A DNA stretch of 64,000 nucleotides. Origin: an uncultured Roseburia sp. (GTDB lineage Bacteria; Bacillota; Clostridia; Lachnospirales; Lachnospiraceae). The stretch is taken from NCBI GenBank assembly GCA_900542495.1, contig UQNW01000002.1, positions 159,469 through 223,468 on the forward strand, written 5' to 3'. Below the pieces are notes generated by a model. That model had not been told where the DNA came from and made no database searches. It saw only the letters and a program-made list of their open reading frames with translations. The stretch's first letter is position 1; each line of letters starts with the position of its first letter. The translations under genes were made by a program, and so were the position numbers. Positions 1-10,161 of this stretch are shown one piece after another.

Positions 1-1001
1 CGTCTGTTTGAGGTTGCATAGATTAAGACATTGTCCGGTTTCTTCTCCAGTCCGCCTTCGATCACAGCTTTCAGATATTTATATTCTATCTCAAATTCCT
101 CAAAAGAAAGGTCATCCATATAAATGATAAATTTGTAATTCCGGTTTTTGATCTGTGCGATCACATCATTCAGATCACAGAACTGGTGTTTGTATACCTC
201 GATCAGACGCAGTCCCCTATCGTAATACTGGTTTGCGATTGCCTTGATACTGGTGGATTTTCCGGTTCCGGCATCTCCGTATAACAGACAGTTATTTGCC
301 TGTTTTCCATTGACAAAAGCTTCTGTGTTGTCGATCAGCTTTTGTTTTGCAAGCTCATAGCCGACAAGATCCTCTAATTTTACATGTGCGATATTGGTGA
401 TCGGTACGATCTCCACATCCTCATTTTCTCTGTGCTGGATACGGAAAGCCTTGTGAAGTCCGAGTTTTCCAACTCCGAAATCTTTGTAAAACGCGGTGAC
501 AGCATCTTTAAATTCAGAAACACTTGAAGCTGCCTCTAACTTTAATTTCAACTCATTGATGCGTTCCTTGATCCGTTTATTGAAAATCTTTCCGCTCTCG
601 CTCATGCTCTGGTAATTCAACATCGCATCCATACAGTCCATTTCAAAATAGGCAGCAAGCTTTTCAAAGTCAAAATCAAAAAGCGATTTTATAATCTCAA
701 AATCATGCAGTACGATCTGATTAATGGAGCCTTCCACTTCACCGCGGATCTCACAGGCTTTGCTGTAGGCATTCTCATTGTTGACTAAAATAAATGCCAG
801 AAAGCTGTGCCACAGATTCCCCTCGAAGCCATGGCTTACCGCAAGTTCCATTAACTGGTTCAAACTCTCATACAAAAGGGATTCCACATCCTCTTTGTTG
901 TAATAATCGTTCTCATAATTTTCCATGATCCAAGTCATGTTATAAAATAATTTTCCATTCTCAAAATCTTTATATAAGATCAAATTCTTTGGACTTTTCA
1001 T
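1..1001 (-). CDS. AAA+ ATPase, DUF815 family (3'-truncated by window edge; start at 1001 or 1013)
   Basis: Reverse translation starts MKSPKNLILYKDFENGKLF and contains Walker A LLYGDAGTGKST. It runs off the window at position 1. Confidence 0.5.
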   Translation of the reverse strand, partial: MKSPKNLILYKDFENGKLFYNMTWIMENYENDYYNKEDVESLLYESLNQLMELAVSHGFEGNLWHSFLAFILVNNENAYSKACEIRGEVEGSINQIVLHDFEIIKSLFDFDFEKLAAYFEMDCMDAMLNYQSMSESGKIFNKRIKERINELKLKLEAASSVSEFKDAVTAFYKDFGVGKLGLHKAFRIQHRENEDVEIVPITNIAHVKLEDLVGYELAKQKLIDNTEAFVNGKQANNCLLYGDAGTGKSTSIKAIANQYYDRGLRLIEVYKHQFCDLNDVIAQIKNRNYKFIIYMDDLSFEEFEIEYKYLKAVIEGGLEKKPDNVLIYATSNR

Positions 1002-1005
1002 CTGT

Positions 1006-2157
1006 TTATTCATTCCCTTCTGCGCTTACATAGTTTCCAAGTATTTTCAAACGGATCGTCTCCTCCGTCAGTCCGCGCAATGCGTTCTGCACCGCTGCGT
1101 CATTCAGATTTCCCTCAATATCAACGAAGAAACGGTATTCCCATGCTTTTCCCTGCACCGGTCTTGACTCAATCTTATTCATATTGATTCCGTTGTAGAT
1201 AAAATGGGATAATTTATGGTACAGCGAACCACTCTCATGCGGAACTTCAAACGAAATGCTGATTTTATTTGCGTTTGATTCAAATATCTTCTTGTTTGCC
1301 ACAATGATGAACTTTGTATAATTATTTTTGTTATTCTGAATGGCTTCATCCAATACTTTCAGCCCATAAATATCTGCGGTCAGTGTGCTTGCAATCGCCG
1401 CCTTGTTCTTTTTTTCGTCCTCTTTGATCTTCTGGGCTGACATGGCAGTGTTCTTAAGACTGTGCTTCTCCCAGTCTCTATGGCTCTCAAGGTATTTTGA
1501 GCACTGCATCAGCGCCTGCGGGTGGGAATAAATGTCGGTGATATCGTCCATGTCTGCTTCCGGCAGACCTAAAAGAGCATGGTCGATACGGATGATCTGC
1601 TCTCCGACAATATAGTTATTGTACTCGACCATAAGATCATAATTTTCCGATACAATTCCTGCGGACGAATTTTCGATTGGAAAAACAGCATAATCTGCCT
1701 CTCCATTCTTGATTGCCTCCATGGCATCCCGCCACGTATCCACGTGATAGCTGTCCGCATTCTCTCCAAAATACTGCTTTAATGCTAGCTGTGAGTAAGC
1801 GCCCTCGGTTCCCTGAAACACGATTTTGGCATTCTTATAATTTAAATGCTCCACCTCTTTAAAATCTGTGCCCTCCGTATGACCATGTTCTGTCAAAAGC
1901 TGATACTGGCGTTTTCTGCTCATAGACATGATCTGTTCAAAAAGTTCCCGGATACCATGCTTTAAAAAAGGTGTCGCTCCCTTTCTGCTTAAGGTTTCTA
2001 ATTTGGAAACTTCGCGCTGTTTATCAAATACTTTTTTTCCAACAGCAATTTTATATGTTGCAACCTCCTCCGAAATTGCCATTCTGCGTTCGTACAGTTC
2101 TACGATCTGATTGTCGATCTGATCGATCTCATCTCTTAATTCCAATAAATCTCTCAT
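1006..2157 (-). CDS. pheA: Bifunctional chorismate mutase / prephenate dehydratase (P-protein)
   Basis: An N-terminal AroQ chorismate mutase segment is followed by a PDT domain (FQGTEGAYSQLA ... ESRP) and a C-terminal ACT-like region. Length 383 aa. Confidence 0.8.
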   Translation of the reverse strand: MRDLLELRDEIDQIDNQIVELYERRMAISEEVATYKIAVGKKVFDKQREVSKLETLSRKGATPFLKHGIRELFEQIMSMSRKRQYQLLTEHGHTEGTDFKEVEHLNYKNAKIVFQGTEGAYSQLALKQYFGENADSYHVDTWRDAMEAIKNGEADYAVFPIENSSAGIVSENYDLMVEYNNYIVGEQIIRIDHALLGLPEADMDDITDIYSHPQALMQCSKYLESHRDWEKHSLKNTAMSAQKIKEDEKKNKAAIASTLTADIYGLKVLDEAIQNNKNNYTKFIIVANKKIFESNANKISISFEVPHESGSLYHKLSHFIYNGINMNKIESRPVQGKAWEYRFFVDIEGNLNDAAVQNALRGLTEETIRLKILGNYVSAEGNE

Positions 2158-2326
2158 AAAAATCTAAGCCTTTCTCTGCGGTTTTTCATAATAAAGTAGT
2201 CTTTTAACATCATATTACATTCACGGTCCGGTTGCAAGAGAACACTTGCGTCCTGGTATACAGAAATGTTATACTTTCTATAGATAAAAAAGTCCTTACG
2301 ATAGGAATCAAAGAGGTGATTTATTT

Positions 2327-3331
2327 ATGAAAAAAATTTGGAAATGGCTGCTGTTTGTGTTGGTGATTCTTCTTGCTGTCGGGTGTGTTTTTCTCTACCG
2401 CTACATAGACCGCATTCAGTATAATGACGGCTATGTGAACGGAAACACCGCAGGCAATCTGTATAACGAAGGTTATTTCTGTGAAAAAGATGGTATTGTC
2501 TACTTTGCCAACCCTGCCGACAACTACTGTCTGTACTCCATGAACCAGGACGGCACAAACATCAAAAAGTTAGAGGATCAGAGTGTCAGCTACATCAACG
2601 TGGATGACCACTACATTTATTACTGTAAACTTAAGGGAAAAAGCGCTGATTCATTTTCCTTCCTCCCGGTCAATACCAACAGCTTATGCCGGCTGGATAT
2701 TGACGGAAAAGGAAAGCCTGAAATTTTAGATGATGATCCGTGTATGTATGCTTCCCTGGTTGGAAATTATCTGTACTATCTGCATTATGATACCACTGAT
2801 GCAACCACGCTGTACAAAGTCAAAATTGATGGCAAGGAAAAAGAGCAGGTAGAAAAACAGTCCTACTTTACCGCAAGTACCGATGGACAATATATTTATT
2901 ATAACGGACTGACAGACAATCATAATATCTATGAGATGGACACTTCCAATGACCACGCAAAAGTTATCTATGAGGGGAACTGCTGGATGCCGGTGAAAGA
3001 CGGAAACAATCTTTATTTTATGGACTGTGAAAACGATTACCGCATTGCCAAAGTCGATCTGACAAATGGTGAAAAAACGCTGGTCACGGACTGCCGTGTC
3101 GACTGCTACAACGTTGCCGGAGATAAGATTTTCTTCCAGAAAAATGATAAGACAGATCCGGCCATCTGCTGTATCAATACAGATGGAAGCAATTATCAGG
3201 AATTAAAAAAGGGAAACTACACTGCCATTAATGTAACTTCCACATATGTCTATTTTAAAGATTTTACGACCAAAACCCCTTATTATACATCTGTTGCTGC
3301 CCCGGGCAATGTACAGATTTTCAATCCGTAA
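2327..3331 (+). CDS. DUF5050-like secreted/lipoprotein beta-propeller protein (hypothetical)
   Basis: Signal peptide with possible lipobox (LLAVGC). Repeated Y-x-Y/DG motifs as in DUF5050. Own RBS (AGAGGTG) before the ATG. Confidence 0.45.
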   Translation: MKKIWKWLLFVLVILLAVGCVFLYRYIDRIQYNDGYVNGNTAGNLYNEGYFCEKDGIVYFANPADNYCLYSMNQDGTNIKKLEDQSVSYINVDDHYIYYCKLKGKSADSFSFLPVNTNSLCRLDIDGKGKPEILDDDPCMYASLVGNYLYYLHYDTTDATTLYKVKIDGKEKEQVEKQSYFTASTDGQYIYYNGLTDNHNIYEMDTSNDHAKVIYEGNCWMPVKDGNNLYFMDCENDYRIAKVDLTNGEKTLVTDCRVDCYNVAGDKIFFQKNDKTDPAICCINTDGSNYQELKKGNYTAINVTSTYVYFKDFTTKTPYYTSVAAPGNVQIFNP

Positions 3332-3371
3332 GCAGGCGCTGTCACAATGCAATTTTACACATAAAAACAAG

Positions 3372-3405
3372 AAACGTCAGGAAACTTCATTTTTTCCTGG
3401 CGTTT
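3372..3405. terminator. Bidirectional intrinsic terminator between convergent DUF5050 gene and polC
   Basis: Hairpin of 13-bp arms aaacgtcaggaaa / tttcctggcgttt with one G-U pair and an 8-nt loop. T-rich flanks on both strands. Confidence 0.5.
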
Positions 3406-3427
3406 CTTTATCCCGCAAAACAAATAT

Positions 3428-6400
3428 TTATGCAAAATCAAATAACGACAACTGATTGGACTCCGGCATATCGCCCAGCAGTCCAAGATCTGCCATAAGA
3501 TCAATGGTAGATTTCGTCACCTTGGTTCTCTGGCGGAAATCATCTTTGGATAAGAATTTTCCGTCTTTTGCTGCCTCCGCAACCGCAATTGCAGCATTGT
3601 CACCCATACCTTCAATGGTATTTAACGCCGGCATAAGCTTTCCGTCGATGATCTGGAAACGGTCCGGCAATGCACGGTAAATATCAATTGGCGTAAAATC
3701 AAAACCTCTCGCATACATCTCCTGCACAATTCGCATATCACGGTAGACATCCTGCTCTTTTTTGGAAAGAGAATCTTTTCTTCTTGTGTAATCTTTATAA
3801 AAATATTCCAGACGCTCTTTTCCCTGACACATGATCTCATAGTTGAAACCTGTCGCACGAATGGAAAAATATGCTGCATAATAGGCCAGCGGATAGAATA
3901 CTTTACAGTATGCGATACGCCATGCCATCATAACATACGCTGCCGCATGCGCTTTCGGGAACATGTATTTGATCTTCAGACACGAGTCAATATACCATTC
4001 CGGTACGTTATGCGCCCGCATTTCCTCTTTCCATTCGTCTTTTAATCCCTTACCTTTTCGAACAGACTCCATGATCGTAAACGACTGCTCACTGTCAAGT
4101 CCCATGCCGATCAGATAAATCATAATATCATCACGGGTACAGATTGCCGTAGAAATCGTTGCAATTCCCTGTTCGATCAATGTCTGTGCGTTTCCCAACC
4201 ACACATCCGTACCATGCGAAAGTCCTGAGATTCGGATCAGATCTGAAAACTCTTTTGGTTTCGCATCAATAACCATCTGCATCGCAAAATCCGTTCCAAA
4301 TTCCGGGATTCCAAGACAGCCAAGCGGGATTCCGTTGATGTCTTCCGGTTCAACTCCCAATGCAGAGGTATTCATAAACAGTGACATGACAGTCTGATCG
4401 TCTAATGGGATTGTCTGTGGATCAAGTCCTGTCAGGTCCTGCAGCATACGGATCATGGTCGGATCATCGTGTCCGAGAATGTCAAGTTTTAACAGGTTAT
4501 GGTCAATGGAATGGTAATCAAAATGTGTTGTGACCGTCGCAGTTGTCATATCGTTTGCCGGATGCTGTACCGGAGTAAACGTATTGATTTCCTCTCCAAC
4601 CGGAAGTACAACGATGCCCCCCGGATGCTGTCCGGTTGTCCGGCGCACGCCGACACATCCCTGTACGATACGGTCAATCTCACAATTTCGTTTGTGGATT
4701 CCACGTTCCTCATAATAGTTTTTGATATATCCAAATGCAGTCTTATCCGCAAGTGTACCGATCGTTCCGGCACGAAAGGTCTGACCGTAGCCGAAAATAA
4801 CTTCACAGTAGGCATGCGCCTTACTCTGATACTCACCGGAGAAGTTTAAGTCGATATCCGGCTCTTTATTTCCCTTGAAACCAAGGAAGGTCTCAAACGG
4901 GATATCAAATCCGTCTTTTACAAGCTTCTTGCCACACACCGGGCAGATTTTATCCGGCATATCACATCCGCTCCGGCCGGAAAAAGCTTTTACCTCCGGC
5001 GAATCAAAATCACTGTATTTGCAGTATTCACACCGATAATGTGCCTGTAACGGGTTAACCTCTGTGATACCGGACATGGTCGCTGCAAAAGAAGATCCTA
5101 CAGAACCACGCGAACCAACCAGATACCCGTCCTCGTTGGATTTCCACACCAGTTTCTGTGCAATGATATACATAACGGCATATCCGTTGGAAATAATGGA
5201 ATTTAACTCACGGTCAAGACGTTCTTTTACGATCGGCGGAAGTTCCTCTCCGTACATACTGTGCGCTTTATTATAACAGATATCGCGGAGCATCTGATCT
5301 GAGTTCTCAATAAACGGCGGACATTTATCCGGTCTTACCGGTGCGATTTTTTCGCACATATCGGCAATCTTATTCGGATTGGTAATGACAACCTCCTCCG
5401 CTTTTGCACTTCCCAGATACTCGAATTCTTTCAGCATTTCCTCAGTCGTGCGCAGATATAACGGAGCCTGTTCGTCTGCATCCTTAAATCCTTTTCCAGC
5501 CATAATAATACGGCGGTAGATCTCATCTTCCGGGTCAAGAAAATGAACGTCACAGGTAGCAACTACAAGTTTGTTAAATTCTTCACCAAGTTTACAGATT
5601 CTGCGGTTGATGTCCTGTAACTCCTCAATCGTATTAACCGGTTCCTTGTCACTGCGAAGCATAAATTCGTTATTGCCAAGTGGCTGTATTTCCAGATAAT
5701 CATAAAACTTGACAAGCCGTATGATCTCCTCCTGTGGTCTTCCACCGACGATCGCGCGGTACAGTTCTCCAGCCTCACAGGCAGAACCTAAAAGAAGTCC
5801 CTCCCGGTACTTCACAAACTCACTCTTAGGCACACGCGGTCTTTTGTTATAGTAAGTGAGATGTGAAAGCGACACAAGACGATATAAATTAATACGTCCG
5901 ATATCGTTTGTTGCAAGAATGATTGCATGGTAGGTTGGCATTTTCATGACCGTTTCCGGTGATGTGGAAACCATATGGTTGACATCATCCAGATTTTCCA
6001 TACCGCGCTCTTTTAACATCTCAATGAACTTTACAAAAATCTCTGCGGTGCAGGCGGCATCATCCACGGCACGGTGATGATTTTCCAGTGAAACATTCAG
6101 TGCCTTTGCCACCGTATCTAACTTAAAACGGTTCAGATTCGGCAGCAGGATTCTCGCAAGTGCCACCGTGTCAATAATGGTAAACTCTCTGTCAATCCCC
6201 TGATCTTTGCAGTTCTTTTTAATAAAGCTCATATCAAATTCTGCATTGTGGGCAACCATGATCGCACCCTCGCAGAACTTCATGAATTCCGGCAGAATCT
6301 CCTCAATCTTCGGTGCATCAATGACCATATCGTCTTTGATCGAAGTCAGTTCCTCAATCCGGAATGGGATAGGCACTTCCGGGTTGACAAACGTGGAAAA

Positions 6401-7963
6401 ACGATCCGTGATCGCACCACCGACAACCTTTACCGCTCCAATCTCAATGATCTTATTCTTATCCGGACTGAAACCTGTCGTCTCAAGGTCGAATACAACA
6501 TAGGTCTCATCTAGGCTCTGCCCTTTCGAATCTGTGATAATGTCTTTTAAATCATCTACCAGATAAGCTTCCACACCGTAGATCACTTTAAAATCATCAT
6601 CCGGGTTTAAGGCATGGTTAGCATCCGGGAAAGCCTGCACATCACCGTGGTCTGTGATCGCAATTGCCTTATGTCCCCACTTCATGGCACGCTTTACGAT
6701 ATCCTTGCACTCGGATACACCGTCCATATCGCTCATTTTTGTGTGACAGTGGAGTTCCACACGTTTTTCCGGGCTCGTATCCATACGTGTCGTCGTAAAA
6801 TCAGCAATTTTTTTGATTCCGACTATGGAAGCAATGGTCAACTCACTGTCAAACTTATCAATGGTCGTCACACCTCTGATTTTTAAGAAAGCGCCTTTTT
6901 TCAGATTGGCAAGCAGCTCGTCCCGGTCATCATTTCTCGTAAAAATCTTTAATACGATCGAATCCGTAAAATCCGTCACTGACATAATGATAATGGTCTT
7001 TTCATTTCGGATTTCTCTCGTCTCAACCGTCATGACCTGACAGCGGATCGTAACCTCACCCATCTCGCCGACGATTTTCTCCAATGGAATTGTTTCACCA
7101 TCTTCAATATCACGTCCATAGATGACATCCGGATTGTCTGATTTTTTGCCTCCTCCGAAGCCACCGTCATAACGTTTTTTAAACTCTTTCCGAGGACCGT
7201 CATAAGGTTTTTTTGCAGTATTTCCTGCACCGTTTCCAGCTTTTGCATCACTTTTTGCAGGTTTTGTGGCATTTCCACTAACTGTAGAACTACCTGTTCC
7301 AGATATTGTAGTCTCATTCGAAACTGCATTTTTTTCAGAAGCATCTGCCGTGACCGCAACTGTCTCGCCGTCCTCGTCTTTCAGGTTGATGTTTTTTAAG
7401 ATGTTTTTTATCTCAAACTGAATCTGGAGATCACTGTTTTTCTTGTATTTGCTCTCTTTTGGTTCCTCAAAATCAAGATCCACAATCAGATCCATTCCAC
7501 AGCGCTCACACACGATCTTTTCCAAAAATTCAACGATCTCATGGGAACGTGTCTGCGCAATGATCGTATTCTCTAATGTTAAATGCAGATGACTGTCATC
7601 TGTAAATTCCATTTTGGACGCGCGGAGCAGATTGTACTCCATCAGGCTGTAAGCTTTTAATTCCTCTAAAATGCTGTCCTTATACATATCCATCAGCGTG
7701 CGGGCGGTATACTGCTCCGAAAGCTGGTATTTTTCAATGATGCGGACATTCATCTTTTTGCCCTTAAAAATCTGATCCTCAATGGATTTTTCCAACTGCG
7801 TGATATTGTTTTTATGTATGAGATGATTTCCCAGAAGATAGACACGGATATGATCTCTCTCATGATTCATTCCTACCTTGGTTATTTCCATCTCTGATAA
7901 AATTTTTTTCATATCTCCAGACACTTCCAGTGTCGGAAATACATCAAAAAAAAGTTTCGCCAT
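3428..7963 (-). CDS. polC: DNA polymerase III alpha subunit, PolC-type (Gram-positive replicative polymerase)
   Basis: About 1510 aa with an embedded 3'-5' exonuclease domain (VVFDLETTGFSP), a PHP domain (HCHTKMSDMDG), a Zn-finger CxxC..CxxC and polymerase core motifs. Start chosen at MAKLFFDVF with a RBS. Confidence 0.95.
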   Translation of the reverse strand: MAKLFFDVFPTLEVSGDMKKILSEMEITKVGMNHERDHIRVYLLGNHLIHKNNITQLEKSIEDQIFKGKKMNVRIIEKYQLSEQYTARTLMDMYKDSILEELKAYSLMEYNLLRASKMEFTDDSHLHLTLENTIIAQTRSHEIVEFLEKIVCERCGMDLIVDLDFEEPKESKYKKNSDLQIQFEIKNILKNINLKDEDGETVAVTADASEKNAVSNETTISGTGSSTVSGNATKPAKSDAKAGNGAGNTAKKPYDGPRKEFKKRYDGGFGGGKKSDNPDVIYGRDIEDGETIPLEKIVGEMGEVTIRCQVMTVETREIRNEKTIIIMSVTDFTDSIVLKIFTRNDDRDELLANLKKGAFLKIRGVTTIDKFDSELTIASIVGIKKIADFTTTRMDTSPEKRVELHCHTKMSDMDGVSECKDIVKRAMKWGHKAIAITDHGDVQAFPDANHALNPDDDFKVIYGVEAYLVDDLKDIITDSKGQSLDETYVVFDLETTGFSPDKNKIIEIGAVKVVGGAITDRFSTFVNPEVPIPFRIEELTSIKDDMVIDAPKIEEILPEFMKFCEGAIMVAHNAEFDMSFIKKNCKDQGIDREFTIIDTVALARILLPNLNRFKLDTVAKALNVSLENHHRAVDDAACTAEIFVKFIEMLKERGMENLDDVNHMVSTSPETVMKMPTYHAIILATNDIGRINLYRLVSLSHLTYYNKRPRVPKSEFVKYREGLLLGSACEAGELYRAIVGGRPQEEIIRLVKFYDYLEIQPLGNNEFMLRSDKEPVNTIEELQDINRRICKLGEEFNKLVVATCDVHFLDPEDEIYRRIIMAGKGFKDADEQAPLYLRTTEEMLKEFEYLGSAKAEEVVITNPNKIADMCEKIAPVRPDKCPPFIENSDQMLRDICYNKAHSMYGEELPPIVKERLDRELNSIISNGYAVMYIIAQKLVWKSNEDGYLVGSRGSVGSSFAATMSGITEVNPLQAHYRCEYCKYSDFDSPEVKAFSGRSGCDMPDKICPVCGKKLVKDGFDIPFETFLGFKGNKEPDIDLNFSGEYQSKAHAYCEVIFGYGQTFRAGTIGTLADKTAFGYIKNYYEERGIHKRNCEIDRIVQGCVGVRRTTGQHPGGIVVLPVGEEINTFTPVQHPANDMTTATVTTHFDYHSIDHNLLKLDILGHDDPTMIRMLQDLTGLDPQTIPLDDQTVMSLFMNTSALGVEPEDINGIPLGCLGIPEFGTDFAMQMVIDAKPKEFSDLIRISGLSHGTDVWLGNAQTLIEQGIATISTAICTRDDIMIYLIGMGLDSEQSFTIMESVRKGKGLKDEWKEEMRAHNVPEWYIDSCLKIKYMFPKAHAAAYVMMAWRIAYCKVFYPLAYYAAYFSIRATGFNYEIMCQGKERLEYFYKDYTRRKDSLSKKEQDVYRDMRIVQEMYARGFDFTPIDIYRALPDRFQIIDGKLMPALNTIEGMGDNAAIAVAEAAKDGKFLSKDDFRQRTKVTKSTIDLMADLGLLGDMPESNQLSLFDFA

Positions 7964-7967
7964 GGAT

Positions 7968-9014
7968 TTACTGTTCCTTCCAGTGAAGCAGTTCGTAACG
8001 GAGTGCATCTAAAAGTTCTGCCTCAGGCACTTTTTTGAACACTTCACCGTGTTTGATAATCAGTCCTTCTCCAATTCCTCCGGCAATTCCAATATCTGCC
8101 TCTTTTGCCTCTCCCGGGCCATTCACGACACAGCCCATAACAGCGACTTTAATATCCAATGGAATGTCTGCAACCATATTCTCTACCTGATTGGCAAGTT
8201 CGATCAGATTGATCTGTGTACGTCCACAGGTCGGACAGGAAACAACTTCCACACCGCCCTTGCGGAGTCCAAGTGTTCTTAAAATTAATTTGGCAGATTT
8301 GATCTCCTCTAACGGATCACCTGTCAGTGAAACACGGATCGTATCACCAATTCCCTGATGTAAGATCAGTCCAAGTCCAATTGCAGACTTGATATTACCA
8401 CTGATGATCGTACCAGCCTCTGTAATTCCTACATGCAATGGATGATCTGTCTGGGATGCAATCAGTTCATGCGCTTTTACACACATCATAACATCGGATG
8501 ATTTAATACTGATCACCAAGTTATCATATCCCATATCTTCAATGAGCTTTACTTTATCAAGCGCACTTTCCACCAGCCCTTCAGCAGTCACACCATGATA
8601 TTTTTCTACGAGATCTTTTTCTAAAGAACCACTGTTTACACCGACACGGATTGGGATGTTACGCTCCTTTGCCACATCCACAACCGCTTTTACACGCTCT
8701 GCACTTCCGATGTTGCCAGGATTAATGCGGATCTTATCAGCACCGTTTTCCATAGCTGCGATTGCAAGACGATAATCAAAATGAATATCTGCAACCACCG
8801 GGATCTGTACCTGTTTTTTGATCTCTTTTAACGCTTTGGCAGCCTCCATAGTCGGAACTGCGCAGCGGATAATATCACATCCGGCAGCCGCAAGCTGGTT
8901 GATCTGTGCTGCGGTTGCCTCTACATTTTCCGTTTTTGTATTCGTCATGGACTGGATTAAGATTGGATTTCCGCCACCAATCACACGATTACCGATCTGA
9001 ACCGTTTTTGTCAT
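7968..9014 (-). CDS. ispG: 4-hydroxy-3-methylbut-2-enyl diphosphate synthase (IspG/GcpE)
   Basis: MTKTVQIGNRVIGGGNPILIQSMTNT is an IspG hallmark, with a C-terminal CPTCGRT 4Fe-4S motif. GAGGAG RBS upstream of the ATG at 9014. Confidence 0.9.
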   Translation of the reverse strand: MTKTVQIGNRVIGGGNPILIQSMTNTKTENVEATAAQINQLAAAGCDIIRCAVPTMEAAKALKEIKKQVQIPVVADIHFDYRLAIAAMENGADKIRINPGNIGSAERVKAVVDVAKERNIPIRVGVNSGSLEKDLVEKYHGVTAEGLVESALDKVKLIEDMGYDNLVISIKSSDVMMCVKAHELIASQTDHPLHVGITEAGTIISGNIKSAIGLGLILHQGIGDTIRVSLTGDPLEEIKSAKLILRTLGLRKGGVEVVSCPTCGRTQINLIELANQVENMVADIPLDIKVAVMGCVVNGPGEAKEADIGIAGGIGEGLIIKHGEVFKKVPEAELLDALRYELLHWKEQ

Positions 9015-9078
9015 TATTTTTTCTCCTCTCAATGCATTAGATATGCAACCCTATTTATATACAAAGTTTCGCAATCAT

Positions 9079-10119
9079 CTAAACAAATAATTTTCGAATA
9101 TCATTAAACATAATAAGGATCATGAGTGCGAACAGAAGCATGATACCGACAAAGTGCACCATTCCCTCTTTCTCCGGGTCAACTTTTTTACCGCGGATTG
9201 CCTCGACAATCAGAAATACCAGTCTGCCGCCGTCTAACGCCGGGAGTGGCAGAAGGTTCATGACACCAAGGTTTGCGGAGAGCAGGATGCTGATATAAAG
9301 CATCTGTAAAAACGCATAGAAATAACCATACGAAACACTCTGCTCGTAGCTGTCCCCGATTGCACTTACAATTCCAACCGGACCGCTCATATCATTCACT
9401 GTCACGCCTCCGGTAAAGAGTAGCTTTAAGCTTCCAAGCGTCGTATAAATCCAGTATTCCACCTCATAGGCACTGTATTTTGCAAGGGTAAATACATTAT
9501 TGGTCGTCTTTTCTCTTGCTGCCATTCCGATAAATCCGTACAGATACCTTCCAGTTGCCTCATCATACTTTGGCGTCAGCTCTGTTGTGTAACGCTCTCC
9601 GTCACGCTCATAAGTGACCAGAACCGGCTCTCCGGCATGATACATGGAGTAAGCACTCACTTCACGGTAAAAATGAATGTGTTTGTTTCCCATTTTGACA
9701 ATGGTATCGCCTCCCTGAAGTCCTGCTTCCTCCGCAGCATAACCCACGCTCACATCCGAAAGGACAGGAAGGTCATATCCGGTACAGCAGACAAGAATAA
9801 AGGAAAAAATAAACGCCATAATAAAGTTAAAGATTGGTCCTGCCGCTACAACACTGATCCTCGCCCAGACAGATTTGTTGTTAAACGCTTTATTATCCTG
9901 ACTTTCTGCGTCCTCTCCCTCCATCATGCAGGCGCCTCCAAATGGAAGCAGCTTGATTGAATATTTTGTCTCCCCCTTCTGGATGCCAAAAAGAGTAGGT
10001 CCTAATCCAAGTGAAAATTCATTTACACGAATTCCATTTGCTTTGGCAAGTAAAAAATGTCCCAATTCATGAAACAGAATGATAATGCTGAATATAAGTA
10101 ATGCGATAATAATTTTCAT
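9079..10119 (-). CDS. rseP: RIP metalloprotease RseP/RasP (site-2 protease)
   Basis: HELGH zinc motif in TM1, a PDZ region and a C-terminal LDGG motif. Confidence 0.85.
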   Translation of the reverse strand: MKIIIALLIFSIIILFHELGHFLLAKANGIRVNEFSLGLGPTLFGIQKGETKYSIKLLPFGGACMMEGEDAESQDNKAFNNKSVWARISVVAAGPIFNFIMAFIFSFILVCCTGYDLPVLSDVSVGYAAEEAGLQGGDTIVKMGNKHIHFYREVSAYSMYHAGEPVLVTYERDGERYTTELTPKYDEATGRYLYGFIGMAAREKTTNNVFTLAKYSAYEVEYWIYTTLGSLKLLFTGGVTVNDMSGPVGIVSAIGDSYEQSVSYGYFYAFLQMLYISILLSANLGVMNLLPLPALDGGRLVFLIVEAIRGKKVDPEKEGMVHFVGIMLLFALMILIMFNDIRKLFV

Positions 10120-10161
10120 GTAAAAAACCTTTCATGCAGTCTTGTTAAATTTTGAAGTGCT

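Noticed and set aside
1569-2159. Several 60-67-aa ORFs on both strands inside pheA
   Set aside because: They are fully nested in the pheA coding region with no RBS. They are typical spurious six-frame ORFs.
4499-7359. Multiple 60-116-aa ORFs antisense to polC
   Set aside because: They are embedded in a 4.5-kb gene with a continuous strong PolC signal and there is no independent evidence for them.
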